A stretch of 64,000 nt of DNA from an uncultured Gemmatimonadales bacterium. Its GTDB lineage: Bacteria > Gemmatimonadota > Gemmatimonadetes > Longimicrobiales > RSA9. Where the stretch lies: contig CAWCRS010000003.1 of assembly GCA_963798085.1 (NCBI GenBank), positions 608,001 through 672,000 on the forward strand, in the 5' to 3' direction. The notes under the pieces are model-generated. The model saw only the letters and a program-made list of their open reading frames with translations. It had not been told where the DNA came from and did not search any database. Position 1 is the first letter of the stretch, and each line of letters begins with the position of its first letter. Shown in pieces: positions 31,581 to 42,187 of this stretch. The translations under genes were made by a program, and so were the position numbers.

Positions 31581-32210
31581 TCATGTCTCGGCGTCGAGCA
31601 GCACGGCGCGCACGGGCGAGCTGTCGGCGTCCGTGAGTCTGAGGGGCAGCGCCACCAGCGTGTAGCGGCCGGGCGCCACGTCGCTCAGCACCAGGTTCTC
31701 GAGTATCGCGACGCCGTGTCCGCCCAGGATGCGGTGTGCGTCCAGCGTCTTCGAAGCGAAGGGATCGACCGATGGCGCATCGGTGCCCACCAGGCGGACG
31801 CGCGCGCTCCCCAGCCGTTCCGCGAGCGCGGGCGTGAGCGCGGCGAAGTGCTCGGGAAACTGGCCCGCGTCGACCTGTTCGCGCGTGCGGAAGAGCACGC
31901 GCTGCTCGCGCTGCAGCTCGATGCCGTTGACCACGTCCGCATCCAGGCTGTCGCGGCCGCGCGCGTCCACGACCAGTGCCGGCCCGAGGAACGCATCCAG
32001 CTCCAGCTGTGCCGGCCGCTTGCCGGCATCGTCGACATGGAACGGCCCGTCCACGTGCGTGCCGGTGTGCGCGCTCATGTTGAGGGCCGCGACATTCACG
32101 CTGTGGCCACGGTCGCGGCGCATGGTCCACGCGGTATCGCAGGGCTGGTCGCCGGGCCAGACGGCGGTAGTGCTGCCCACGGGCTGACTGATGTCACGGA
32201 TGCGCGCCAC
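31581..32210 (-). CDS. kynB: Kynurenine formamidase / cyclase family
   Basis: VWPGD, HTGTHVDGP, GTDAPSVD, ILENL, DSSPVRAVL. Confidence 0.8.
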   Translation of the reverse strand: MARIRDISQPVGSTTAVWPGDQPCDTAWTMRRDRGHSVNVAALNMSAHTGTHVDGPFHVDDAGKRPAQLELDAFLGPALVVDARGRDSLDADVVNGIELQREQRVLFRTREQVDAGQFPEHFAALTPALAERLGSARVRLVGTDAPSVDPFASKTLDAHRILGGHGVAILENLVLSDVAPGRYTLVALPLRLTDADSSPVRAVLLDAET

Positions 32211-32211
32211 G

Positions 32212-33282
32212 CTACCTCGGCACCAGGTCCGTTTCCGGCGTCAGCCCGCGCACGAACGCGGCAATGAGCCGGGCCGTCTGCTCGAGGTCGCTCACACTGA
32301 CCATCTCGTTAGGCGAGTGCATGTAGCGGTTGGGCACGGACATCAGGCCCGTGGCCACGCCCGCACGCGACAGGTAGATCGCGTCCGCATCGGTCGACGT
32401 GTACCTGGGCGACGCCGTGATGGTGTGCGCGATTCCGGCCTGCTTCGCAGTTGCGATGAGGCGTTCGAACACGAGCGGGTGCGCGGCCGCGCCCCTCGCC
32501 AGTACGGGCCCGCTGCCCAGCTTGTGATCACCCAGCTCTTTCTTCTCGATGCCCGGCGCATCGGTGGCGAACGTCACGTCGACGACCACTGCGATCTGCG
32601 GGTCGACCTGGAACGCGCTGGTACGCGCGCCGCCGCCGAAGTAGCCGATCTCCTCCTGCGTGGTGGCAACCGCCGCGACGGCGGCATTCGGGCGATCCTC
32701 GGACAGGAGCCGGAGCGCCTCGAGCACGACGAAGGCGCCAATGCGATTGTCGATCGAGCGACTCGCAATGATGCCCTCGCCCATATCCACGAGGCTGCCG
32801 TCGATCACGCCCGGATCGCCCACCCGTACGCCCCGCTTCTCCACCGCCTCGCGGTTCTTGGCGCCAATGTCGATCCAGAGGTCGGTGATCTTGGAGGCCT
32901 TGTCGCGCTCATCGACCTTGATCAGGTGCATCGGCTTCTTGCCGATGACGCCCAGCACATCGCCGTTCTGCGTCAGCAGTCGGATGCGCTGGGCCACGAG
33001 CACCTGCGGATCCCAGCCGCCGATCCCCTCGAAGTAGAGGAACCCCTCATCGTCGATATGGGTGATCATCACGCCGATCTCATCAATGTGGCCGGCCAGC
33101 ATCACGCGCGGCGCGCCGCCCTCGTTTATCCAGGCGATGGAGTTGCCGGAGATGTCGGCATCGACCCGATCGGCGAAGCGGCCGGCTTCGTCACGCCAGA
33201 CGCGGGCGGCACGGGTCTCATGGCCACTCGGGCCTGGAGTGTCGAGCAGTCTCTTGAGGAAGTCGAATGACGGGTCTTCCAC
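32212..33282 (-). CDS. M42 family metallopeptidase
   Basis: GPSGHE, GHIDEIG, IDNRIG, QEEIG, TDAD, RYMHSPNE; GTG start at 33282. Confidence 0.92.
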   Translation of the reverse strand: MEDPSFDFLKRLLDTPGPSGHETRAARVWRDEAGRFADRVDADISGNSIAWINEGGAPRVMLAGHIDEIGVMITHIDDEGFLYFEGIGGWDPQVLVAQRIRLLTQNGDVLGVIGKKPMHLIKVDERDKASKITDLWIDIGAKNREAVEKRGVRVGDPGVIDGSLVDMGEGIIASRSIDNRIGAFVVLEALRLLSEDRPNAAVAAVATTQEEIGYFGGGARTSAFQVDPQIAVVVDVTFATDAPGIEKKELGDHKLGSGPVLARGAAAHPLVFERLIATAKQAGIAHTITASPRYTSTDADAIYLSRAGVATGLMSVPNRYMHSPNEMVSVSDLEQTARLIAAFVRGLTPETDLVPR

Positions 33283-33462
33283 GCCTTCCCTCGTTCTCGT
33301 TTTCGGGGGCCCCTGCTTTGGAGGGCAGCGCGCAAAGATAGGCAAGGCGCGGGGATCGGTCCAGTCGGCGGCGCGGCACACACATTGAATCAGCAGGTCG
33401 AGCGGGGTAACATACGGCGAGGGCGTCCGGCGCGCGGATGGCGCGTTCACCAGAGGCAACGC

Positions 33463-34680
33463 ATGGAGCAGACGTACTTTCGGCGGGGTCTCGGCCTGAA
33501 GAAGGAAGTCGAGCCGATCCTGGCGGCGGAGTACCACAGCAGCCTGGTGGACGACATCCGCAGTCGCGGGTACACCGCGGTCTTCGGCCAGCTGACGATC
33601 CGGCTGGCGGAGGATTTTGGCTTCTGCTACGGCGTGGATCGCGCCGTCGACTACGCCTACCAGACCGCGCACAAGTTCCCGGATCGGCGCATCTTCCTGG
33701 TCGGCGAGATCATCCACAATCCCCACGTGAACCGCCGGCTGCGCGATTCGGGCATCACCTTCCTGTACCCGGACAATGCCGGCGGCTTCGATTTCGCCGG
33801 CATCACGACGGAAGACGTCGTCATCATCCCTGCCTTCGGCGTCACGCTGGACGATTTCCAGCGGCTGCGCGACATCGGCTGCATCCTGATCGACACCACA
33901 TGCGGTTCGGTGCTGAACGTGTGGAAGCGCGTGGAATCGTACGCGCGCGATGGCTTCACCGCGCTGATTCACGGCAAGTATTTCCACGAAGAAACGCGCG
34001 CCACGGCGTCGCAGGTGAACACGAGCGCGGCAGGCACCTACCTCGTGGTGCGTGACATGGCTGAGGCGAAGCTGGTGATGGCGTACATCGAGCAGAGCGC
34101 GTCGGCGCTTTCACGCGATGCGTTCCTGGCGCATTTCGGCGACAAGGCGAGTCCCGGTTTCGACCCGGACAACGACCTCGCCCGTATTGGTGTGGCCAAC
34201 CAGACGACCATGCTCGCGAGTGAATCCCTCGCGATTGCGCGGGCTGTGGGCGAGAGCCTGACACGGCGTTATGGTGAGTCGGCGCTGGACGGCCATTTCC
34301 GCTCGTTCGACACCATCTGCTCGGCGACACAGGAACGGCAGGATGCGGTACTGCGCATGATGCAGGAGCCGCCCGACATCATGGTAGTGATCGGCGGCTA
34401 CAATTCCTCGAACACGAATCACCTGGCGCACCTGTGCCGCGCCTACACCACGACGTTTCACGTGGCGGACTCGACGTGCATTGATCCGCTGGAGCGGCGC
34501 ATCCGCCACAAGCCGGAGCTGGCCGCGGACGCACCGGAGGTGGCGACCGCGGACTGGCTGCCCGAGGGCCCGGTGGTGGTGGGACTGACGGCGGGCGCAT
34601 CCACGCCCAACAACAAGATCGGCGAAACCATTGTGCGCATTCTCGAGACGCGCGGCGTAGCGGCCGCAACAGGCGGTTAG
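33463..34680 (+). CDS. ispH: 4-hydroxy-3-methylbut-2-enyl diphosphate reductase
   Basis: FGFCYGV, IIHN, DTTC, HEE, NQTT, TICSATQERQ, SSNT, TAGASTP. Confidence 0.95.
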   Translation: MEQTYFRRGLGLKKEVEPILAAEYHSSLVDDIRSRGYTAVFGQLTIRLAEDFGFCYGVDRAVDYAYQTAHKFPDRRIFLVGEIIHNPHVNRRLRDSGITFLYPDNAGGFDFAGITTEDVVIIPAFGVTLDDFQRLRDIGCILIDTTCGSVLNVWKRVESYARDGFTALIHGKYFHEETRATASQVNTSAAGTYLVVRDMAEAKLVMAYIEQSASALSRDAFLAHFGDKASPGFDPDNDLARIGVANQTTMLASESLAIARAVGESLTRRYGESALDGHFRSFDTICSATQERQDAVLRMMQEPPDIMVVIGGYNSSNTNHLAHLCRAYTTTFHVADSTCIDPLERRIRHKPELAADAPEVATADWLPEGPVVVGLTAGASTPNNKIGETIVRILETRGVAAATGG

Positions 34681-34685
34681 AGGAA

Positions 34686-35612
34686 ATGTCGAGAGGCGTG
34701 CGGCGACTCTTCCCCGTCGTCACGCTCGGTCTGGCGGCAGCCAGTGCGGCCTTCGCCGCGGGCTATCATCACGCCCGCCCGCGCCTGCTGCAGCCGGAGG
34801 ATGCCGTGCTGGCGGATGTGCCGCTCGATGCGGCCGGGCCGGCTGGCCGCCATCAGGCGGTTACGGATCCAGGCGACGCTGCAGCCGCCGGTAACCGGCC
34901 CGGCAGCAGTCAGGCCGGCACGATCGGAGAGCCGGCGCCGGCGGCCGAGATCGTTGCGCGCGAAGCCGCCCCACCCGCGGATGCACCCCGTCCCTCGACG
35001 CACGGCGGCAGGCGCATCCTGGTCTCGCTCGCGCAGCATCGCCTGTGGCTGGTGGACGGTGCTGACACGCTGTTGGATGTACCCGCGGCGGTGGGCATGG
35101 GCAGGGACTTCACATGGCAGGGCAGGCGCTGGCACTTCGCGACCCCCACGGGTGACCGTCGTATCCTCGCCAGGGCGAAGGATCCGGTGTGGATCGTGCC
35201 GCTCTGGCACTACTACGAGCGGGCCGCGGCCATGGGCCTGAGCGAAGTCGTGCAGCTCGAGCCGGACGCACGCATTGTGCTGGGAGACAGCAGCGTGCTG
35301 ACGGTCGTGGGCAACCAGGTGGGCCGCATCAATCAATTCGGCAACTTCGCGCCGTTCACACCGGGCACCGAGATCATTTTCGACAATCGCATCTACGTGC
35401 CGCCTCGGCACACGGCGCAGCGCGAAGTGCCCGACGCGCTCGGTCCCTACAAGCTGGACCTGGGTGGCGGTTACCTCATCCACGGCACGCATCTCTATGA
35501 CGAAGACAGCATCGGCGATGCCGTCAGTCACGGCTGCGTGCGCTTGAGTAATGACGATCTCCGGAGACTCTACCCGCTGGTGCGCACGGGCGTGGAGGTT
35601 GTGGTCTACTGA
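34686..35612 (+). CDS. L,D-transpeptidase (YkuD domain)
   Basis: YLIHGT...SHGCVRL; N-terminal signal/anchor. Confidence 0.9.
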   Translation: MSRGVRRLFPVVTLGLAAASAAFAAGYHHARPRLLQPEDAVLADVPLDAAGPAGRHQAVTDPGDAAAAGNRPGSSQAGTIGEPAPAAEIVAREAAPPADAPRPSTHGGRRILVSLAQHRLWLVDGADTLLDVPAAVGMGRDFTWQGRRWHFATPTGDRRILARAKDPVWIVPLWHYYERAAAMGLSEVVQLEPDARIVLGDSSVLTVVGNQVGRINQFGNFAPFTPGTEIIFDNRIYVPPRHTAQREVPDALGPYKLDLGGGYLIHGTHLYDEDSIGDAVSHGCVRLSNDDLRRLYPLVRTGVEVVVY

Positions 35613-35798
35613 ACAATGTTGCCGGGGCTGGGGGCCCGGGCTGGTGCTTCGATGCCGCCCAATTGTGACCAAGGCCGGCGAGTACGCGTCGTGATGCTGG
35701 AGACGTGTTGCTGGTGGTCGGGCTGCCTGGTTTGTTGCCGATCACGAGACCAAACAGCGGGTTAAAGGGCTGCGTGGCCCTGGGGCCGGGGTGGATAC

Positions 35799-36023
35799 AT
35801 GGCGCTTGATTTCGCGCGGGCTGCGATGTTGTTCATGGGTACGGAGGGTGAACTGGCGCGAGCGCTGGGGATCCCGGTCGCGGACCTGCGGGCGCTCCGG
35901 GCGAACCCGCAGCGCGCGACGGATGGGCTGCTGGCGAAGCTCGGGCGCGTTCTCGTGGAGCGTGGGCGTGGTATGACGCGCGTGGGCGAAATGCTGCTCG
36001 AGGATCACGAGCCGCAGAACTGA
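35799..36023 (+). CDS. Small hypothetical protein, possible HTH
   Basis: 74 aa with coding-like composition; ELARALGIPVADL resembles an HTH. Confidence 0.6.
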   Translation: MALDFARAAMLFMGTEGELARALGIPVADLRALRANPQRATDGLLAKLGRVLVERGRGMTRVGEMLLEDHEPQN

Positions 36024-36329
36024 TCAATTTTCTCGGTCGCCTCCGGTTCCAGCGGGCCCGGAGTGACGGGTGAGGCGGACGTGTCGGGCAGAGCATGAGG
36101 CCCGGCAGTCCGCCGGTGTGTCAGCTGGCTGTTCGTCAGCGATTGAGGGATCGCTTCTCCGCCCGGGCAGCGCCGGCCAGCCGGTGTTCTGCGGTACAGC
36201 AAGCGACATCGAAAGCCAGCCCTGCCACTGGCCAGCCTGTGTTCCCCTGCTCCTGCTGACAGAGGTGTTCGCCGGCTCGCCGCATTGGTTCCTGCGCCGG
36301 GCAGCTGCACCGCTTCGGTCCGCGACCTC

Positions 36330-37331
36330 TCAATCGGCGGTCAGCAGATCGAAGGCGGGCGTGAGTTTTTCCAGGGCGAGGCGGGGGTCGCGGCCGGTGT
36401 GGAGTCGCCAGCCGCCGTGGCCGGCTAACAGTCGGATAGCGCGTCCGATGGTGTCGACGAATTCGTCGAAGCCGGGATCCAGCTGACCGGTCATGGCTTC
36501 TTCGAGCGCGGCGGCATCGAGGGTTTCCAGAGACGCTTCCTCTGATGGGACCAGCACGCAGATGCCGGCACGCTGCGCGACGGGGATCCCCACAGGCGAT
36601 TCCATTTCCGCCAGACTGATGGCGATTTTCTCCTTGCCGTTGGCGCGCAGCGTTGTGTGACGGCCGGCCAGTTCGGGAAAGCGCTCGCGTGCGTCCAGCG
36701 GCAGATGGATCCAGCCGGGTGTGCCCCAGATGCGGAGGCGGGGATCGAGCTGGATGTTGACGTAATCCTCCGCGAGCACGCGCAGACCCTTGCGACCGGC
36801 CACGTACGCCAGTGTGCTCTTGCCCACACCGCTGGGGCCCGCCAGCAGCAAAGCCGCGTCGTGCTGCGCGATGCAGGCGGCATGCAGCGGCTGACGATCC
36901 AGCTTGGTCAGCACACCGAGTGTCAGCGCTTCCAGCGCGCCGTAACGGAAGTGCTGGCGGTCCTGTACGAGTGCGCGCGTCGTGTAAAGCACCGCCTCAC
37001 GCCGGGCGGAATCGCCTAAGCCCACACTGCCGCGACTCTGCAGTATGATGCGCTCGTAATCCGGAATGCGGTGGCGCAGCGGCGCGTGCGTGGAGGGACC
37101 TTCGTCGCCTTCATCATCGACATAGATGCGGAAGCGCACGCGCTCGTCCGCGATGAGACGCGGCGCCTGTTCGACAATGCGCCACGCGCCAAACGCTTCC
37201 TCGGCAATGGCGATCACCGCCGGATCGTTGGACTCGAAGCTGACGGGAATGCCCAGCACAGGAATGACGACGCGGTGATCGAGCTGGACATCACGCCCGA
37301 GTGGATCCCGGGCGTCTGGCTTTTCACTCAT
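36330..37331 (-). CDS. HprK-related P-loop serine kinase
   Basis: LHAAC, Walker A GPSGVGKST, LAED; ATGA-coupled to the upstream glycosyltransferase. Confidence 0.8.
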   Translation of the reverse strand: MSEKPDARDPLGRDVQLDHRVVIPVLGIPVSFESNDPAVIAIAEEAFGAWRIVEQAPRLIADERVRFRIYVDDEGDEGPSTHAPLRHRIPDYERIILQSRGSVGLGDSARREAVLYTTRALVQDRQHFRYGALEALTLGVLTKLDRQPLHAACIAQHDAALLLAGPSGVGKSTLAYVAGRKGLRVLAEDYVNIQLDPRLRIWGTPGWIHLPLDARERFPELAGRHTTLRANGKEKIAISLAEMESPVGIPVAQRAGICVLVPSEEASLETLDAAALEEAMTGQLDPGFDEFVDTIGRAIRLLAGHGGWRLHTGRDPRLALEKLTPAFDLLTAD

Positions 37332-38432
37332 GCAGCGGTCAGCTCCTCGTAGAGGCCGGCGATGCGGGCTGCGCTCCAGTCCGCATCTTCCGCCACGGCG
37401 AGGCGCTGTGCAAGCTCTGCGGTGCGGAGGCGGCGCGCATCGTCTTCGAGTAACGACCGGGCCGCGCCGGCGAGAGCCTCGGCATCGCCGGGGGGCACGG
37501 CCAGGGCCGCCTCGGGCGCCCACTCGGCGATCATGCCCACGTTCGTGCCCACGGTGGGCACGCCACAGGTGGCGGCTTCGGCCAGGACAATCGGTCCGGC
37601 CTCGTGCCGCGACGACACGAGCAGCAGGTCCGCCTGCTGCAGCAGCGGGCGCAGTCGTTTCTGCTCGAGAAAGCCGTGGAAGTTGATGCGATGGCCGAGA
37701 CCCGCTTCCGCGGCCTGCTGCTGGATGCTCCCGCCGAGCGTGTCTTCGCCCACGACATCAAGTGTGAAATCAATGCGGCTCGCGTCGAGCAGGGCCGCTG
37801 TGCGCACCAGCATCGCAGGATCCTTCACGCGATGCAGGCTGGCGATGTACATCAGGCGGGCCGGCCGGTCCAGCGTGCGCGCGCGGGGCGCCTGCAGCGG
37901 CCAAGCGTCGAGCGCCACGCCCAGCGGCAGCCGGGTCACGCTGTAACCCATGGCGGTTGCCGCATCGACCACGGGCTGACTGTGCGCCGTGATGCGGCGC
38001 GCGCCGTCCAGGGCCGACTCGACACGACGCCGGCCGCTGGCATTACGCAGCTCGCCATAGTCGATATCGGGCATTGATGTGAGCTCGCCGCCGGCCAGGT
38101 GCACGAGCACGGGCGCACGCAGCATCTGCGCGGCCACACAGGCGAGGGCCCCGGAAGGCGACGCCCAGACGGCGTGCAGCAGGGCGAAGGGTCCCCGCCG
38201 GTGCTCGCGCCACAGTGCGCCAATCGCGCGCAGCGCCGTCCTGCCGCGACCCACGTGATGAATGGTGGCACCGCACAAGGAGTAGCGCGGCGGTGCGCCG
38301 TCCTGGAACAGCGCGTAGACGTGCAGGTTGTGGTGCTCCGCCAGCCGGCGGAATGAGCCACAGCAGGCAGGGTATAACACGCTGTTCACCGCCGGGGTCG
38401 ACCCCACCCGGCACGATCATGGCGATCTTCAC
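37328..38432 (-). CDS. GT4 glycosyltransferase (frameshift at about 38352)
   Basis: MKIAMIVPGG start, then RVKD, SRHEAGPIVLAEA, PTVGTNVG in another frame. Confidence 0.85.
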
Positions 38433-38441
38433 GTGGCCAAC

Positions 38442-39704
38442 TCAGTGCCTCATCGAGACGGTGGCGTCGTGCGGCTCGAGGGTCGCGCGCAGCTGTGCGC
38501 GCATGCGATCGCGGAAGATGCGTGGATTGAAGCGCTCCGCCTGGCGGCGCAGTGCACGCGTGTCGAAGTCGAGCGGCTCGAACCGCGCGACGGCCGCGGC
38601 CAGCGCGGCGGGTGTGGGCTGGTCGAAAAACACGCCGGTGGGCGCTTCGGCCTCGACCTCGATGAACCGTTCGTTTCGACCGCGTCCATTGCCACGCGCG
38701 TGCGCGCCACTCTCCCAATTGCCACTGTGCGGGCTCGCGCCGTTGTGGTGGAGGCGCCCATTGGCGCCAGCGGCGGCGGGCGCGGCGATCACGGTTTCGA
38801 GTGCGCCCCCGCGGCCCAGCGCAATCACGGGTACGCCCGCGGCCTGCGCCTCGACGGCCGCGATGCCGAAGTCTTCCTCACCCGGGAGCACGAAGCCTCT
38901 GGCACCGGCCAGCAATCGCGCCACCTCGTCGTCGGGCAGGCGACCGGTGAACTCGACGTTAGCGTGGGCCTTGCGCGAGAGACCATGCAGCTCCGGACCT
39001 TCGCCCACGACGATGAGGCGTCGGCCGAGCTGGTTGAACGCGCGCACGGCGATGTCCATGCGCTTGTAGGGGACGAGTGCGCCAATCGAGATGTAGTAGT
39101 CCTCGCGCCGGGGCGCTGGCGCGAAGCGCTTCACCTCGACGGGCGGATAGACCACTGCGGCGTCGCGCTCGTAATGCCTGCGGATGCGCTCGCGCACGTG
39201 TCGCGAATTGGCAATGAAGCTGGACACGCCTGCGGCCGACGCGACATCCCAGCGGCGCAGCCGCGGCATCACCAGGCTCGCGGCCATGCGGATGAGCGGC
39301 GAGGCGCGCCCCTGACTGAAGTAGTCCGCGTACTGGTCCCACACGTACCGCATGGGCGTGTGACAATAGCAGATATGCGGCACACCGGGCGGCGCGATGG
39401 CGCCCTTTGCCACGCAGTGACTGCTGGACACGACGAGATCGAAGCCGCGCAGGTCGAACCGTTCGATGGCAGACGGGAAGAAGGGCAGAAGAAAGCGATA
39501 GCGGCGATCGACACCCGGCAGTCGCCCCAGGTGCGAGACGTGGATGGGGCGCGACTCGATGCGTGCGGACACGGTACCGGGAACGTGCACCAGCGTGAAG
39601 ATCTCCGCGTCCGGAAAGAGATCGAGCAGGCCTTCGAGCACGCGCTCCCCGCCGCGCATGCCGGTCAGCCAGTCGTGAATCAGCGCCACGCGATGGCGAG
39701 CCAT
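38442..39704 (-). CDS. GT4 glycosyltransferase
   Basis: HDWLTGMRGGERV, YCHTPMRY, EEDFGIAAVEA. Confidence 0.92.
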   Translation of the reverse strand: MARHRVALIHDWLTGMRGGERVLEGLLDLFPDAEIFTLVHVPGTVSARIESRPIHVSHLGRLPGVDRRYRFLLPFFPSAIERFDLRGFDLVVSSSHCVAKGAIAPPGVPHICYCHTPMRYVWDQYADYFSQGRASPLIRMAASLVMPRLRRWDVASAAGVSSFIANSRHVRERIRRHYERDAAVVYPPVEVKRFAPAPRREDYYISIGALVPYKRMDIAVRAFNQLGRRLIVVGEGPELHGLSRKAHANVEFTGRLPDDEVARLLAGARGFVLPGEEDFGIAAVEAQAAGVPVIALGRGGALETVIAAPAAAGANGRLHHNGASPHSGNWESGAHARGNGRGRNERFIEVEAEAPTGVFFDQPTPAALAAAVARFEPLDFDTRALRRQAERFNPRIFRDRMRAQLRATLEPHDATVSMRH

Positions 39705-39706
39705 GC

Positions 39707-40810
39707 TCAGCGTCCTGCCGTGTGCGTCGGGCGGGCGCGGCGCCGGCCAGCGGCAGCCAGGCATGAGCCCAGAACTTCGTATGCGCATTCATCCCAGCTC
39801 ATGTCGTCCCCCAGCGAACGGCCCCGGCGCACCGTGTCGGCGCGGAGTTCCGCGTCGGATTCAAGCGACGACACCGCGTCCGCCCACGCGTCCGCCCGAA
39901 GCGGCACGGTCAGGCCGGCAAGGCGGGTGCGCTCGGGCAGGTCGGGTGTGTCCGCGATGAGGGAGGGGGCACCGCAAGCGGCGGCCTCGAGCGGCGGCCG
40001 GCCGAAGCCTTCCGCCAGCGAGGGAAAACACAGCGCGCTGCAGCCGGTGTAGAGCGCCTGCAGATCGCGGTCGCTGACATAACCCGGTGTTAGAACATCG
40101 GGACCGAGCGGTTCGGCCGGGCGTCCGTGCACGCGCGTCGCTGTCTGCCCCACGATCACGAGCCTGCGGGGCTGGCCGCGTGCGCGCAGCTCCGCCAGCA
40201 CGTCCAGCAGGAACGTGTGGTTCTTGCGCGGGTCGCCGAAGCCGAGAGCCAGCAGCCATTGTCCGGGCAGGCCGAAGTCCGCGCGCACGCGCGCCACCTC
40301 GCCGTCCGTTGCGGGTGATGTGAAGGGATCCAGGCCCTGCGAAACCACGAACAGGCGGCGGGGCTCGCCGAACGCGCGCACGATTTCGCGGCGACTCGTC
40401 TCGGACACCGTGATGACGGCGGCGGCGCGTGGAACCGCGCGGCCCAGCACGGCCGCGTACCAGCCGGCGAAGCGGCGGGAGAACCAGTCCGGGTGCGTGA
40501 GGGGCAGCACGTCGTGCAGTACGAGCACGTGCGGCCCGCCACGCACCGGCGCCGTGCCGGAAAGGTGAAGCGTGGCGTCGCATCCCGCTGCGCGACTCAT
40601 GTGCGGCAGCTCGAGCTGCTCCCACGCGTGACCGCCGAGTCGTCCATGCAGGACGCGCACGCGGCGAGTGAGCTGCGGCGGCTCGACACCGCGCGGCAGC
40701 AGCAGCGTGACATCAGCCAGCTCGCACAGGCGAGCCGTGACCTCGCGGGCAAAGCGCTGCACGCCGGTCACGCCGGCGCGGTAGAAGCGGCCGTTGATGG
40801 CGAGCTTCAT
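39707..40810 (-). CDS. GT4 (family 1) glycosyltransferase
   Basis: TGVQRF, PRKN, FPSLAEGFGRPPLEA. Confidence 0.92.
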   Translation of the reverse strand: MKLAINGRFYRAGVTGVQRFAREVTARLCELADVTLLLPRGVEPPQLTRRVRVLHGRLGGHAWEQLELPHMSRAAGCDATLHLSGTAPVRGGPHVLVLHDVLPLTHPDWFSRRFAGWYAAVLGRAVPRAAAVITVSETSRREIVRAFGEPRRLFVVSQGLDPFTSPATDGEVARVRADFGLPGQWLLALGFGDPRKNHTFLLDVLAELRARGQPRRLVIVGQTATRVHGRPAEPLGPDVLTPGYVSDRDLQALYTGCSALCFPSLAEGFGRPPLEAAACGAPSLIADTPDLPERTRLAGLTVPLRADAWADAVSSLESDAELRADTVRRGRSLGDDMSWDECAYEVLGSCLAAAGRRRARPTHTAGR

Positions 40811-42187
40811 ACGCGTGGCTCCGGGGCCGCGATGAGATGCCGGCGCAGACCAGCATCACGGCCTGTCCCGTGCCGTGCGCGAACGGCCACACCACCATGC
40901 CCGCGGCGCAGGTCGTGGCGAAGGACCAGAGCAGTGCGCGGTTCATGCTGCGTTCGCGCGGCGAGCGGGCCGCGTCCCTGTCTTCCGCCATGGTGCGGCG
41001 CGCCTGCAAACGCAGTGTCAGGAACATGAAGATCAGGAACACGATCAGGCCGGCAACGCCCATTTCCGCCGCCATCTGCACGTACGCGTTGTGCGGCGTG
41101 GGCAGGTAGTCCCAGAGCTGCGGGATCTGCGGGCCGAAGCGGTCCAGGCTCTCGGCGTATCCGCCCGGCCCCACGCCTGTCAGCGGGTACGTCAGGAACA
41201 TCGCGATGCCTGCGAGCATGAGCGCGGCGCGCTGCTCGATCACCCAGTCGCCGATGGTACGCTGGATGGTGTCGCGGATCATGCCTCCAGTCACGAGGTC
41301 CACCACGACTGCGATCAGCACGACGGCGAACCAATGCGCAGCACCAGGCGGCCATGTCCCGCGAACAGAAGCGCGCCCGCGCCGGCGAGTACCGCCAGCC
41401 AGCTGCCCCGCGAGAACGTGGACACGAGGCCCACCGTGGTGAGCGCCAGCGCCAGCAGTGCCACGGCCCGGCCCATGCGCGTGACAGCCGTGCGCCAGTG
41501 GTGCACGGCGAAGGGCACGACCAGCGCGAAGAACAGACCCAGGCCGTTGGGCTGGCCGAAGCCCAGCGCCGCCCGGTTGAACGCGGTGTTATAGCGCGGG
41601 AACTCGTTGGGGATGTACTGCAGCATTTCGAGCAGTGCGACAATTGCGCCCAGCGCGCTCACGGCCACCAGCGCCCGTGTGACACGGTGCAGGCGCCCGG
41701 GCACGCGGAAGCCATCGGTGGCGGCCAGGAGAAAGCCCAGCAGCACCGCGAAGTTCAGGGTTTCGCGAACCGCTGTAAGCGGGTGTTGCGCGGTCACGGA
41801 GAAGAACAGGAATGCGGCCAGCAGCGCCGCAACCGCATTGGCGGGCAGCCGCCCGGTGTGGGGCCGACGGGCTGAGGCTGCCAGCGAGAGGATCCACGCG
41901 CCCACCACCACCGCCGTCACCGGCGCGGCTGTCGCGATGCGCAGTGATTCCGTGCTGTAGAGTGCGGGCAGCGGCATGGAGAGCACGACCATCGTGGCCC
42001 CGTCCACCCAGCCGGTCGCGACGACGGCCGCGAGCGCCACGGCGAAGACGCCTGCGGCGGTCGCCGCCATGGTGATGTTGTCCGCCAGCATGCTGGCGGC
42101 GGCGAGGATCGCGGCGGCGCCGCCCAGGGCCACGAGTGCCACGCCGATGCCGGGCTCGAGCGAGCCCACCGCCCTCGCCGTGCTCAT
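40807..42187 (-). CDS. O-antigen ligase/Wzy polymerase family protein (frameshifts at about 41330 and 40836)
   Basis: Multi-TM; FGQPNGLG, TFSRGSW, PLTGVGPG, PHNAYVQMAAEMG; the corrected end ...LIAAPEPRV* gives an ATGA overlap. Confidence 0.8.

Noticed and set aside
36024..36333. Lasso peptide/RiPP precursor next to the kinase
   Set aside because: The short ORFs lack a YxxP-type leader and a Thr(-2) pattern; there is no cyclase, B protein or RRE in the window.
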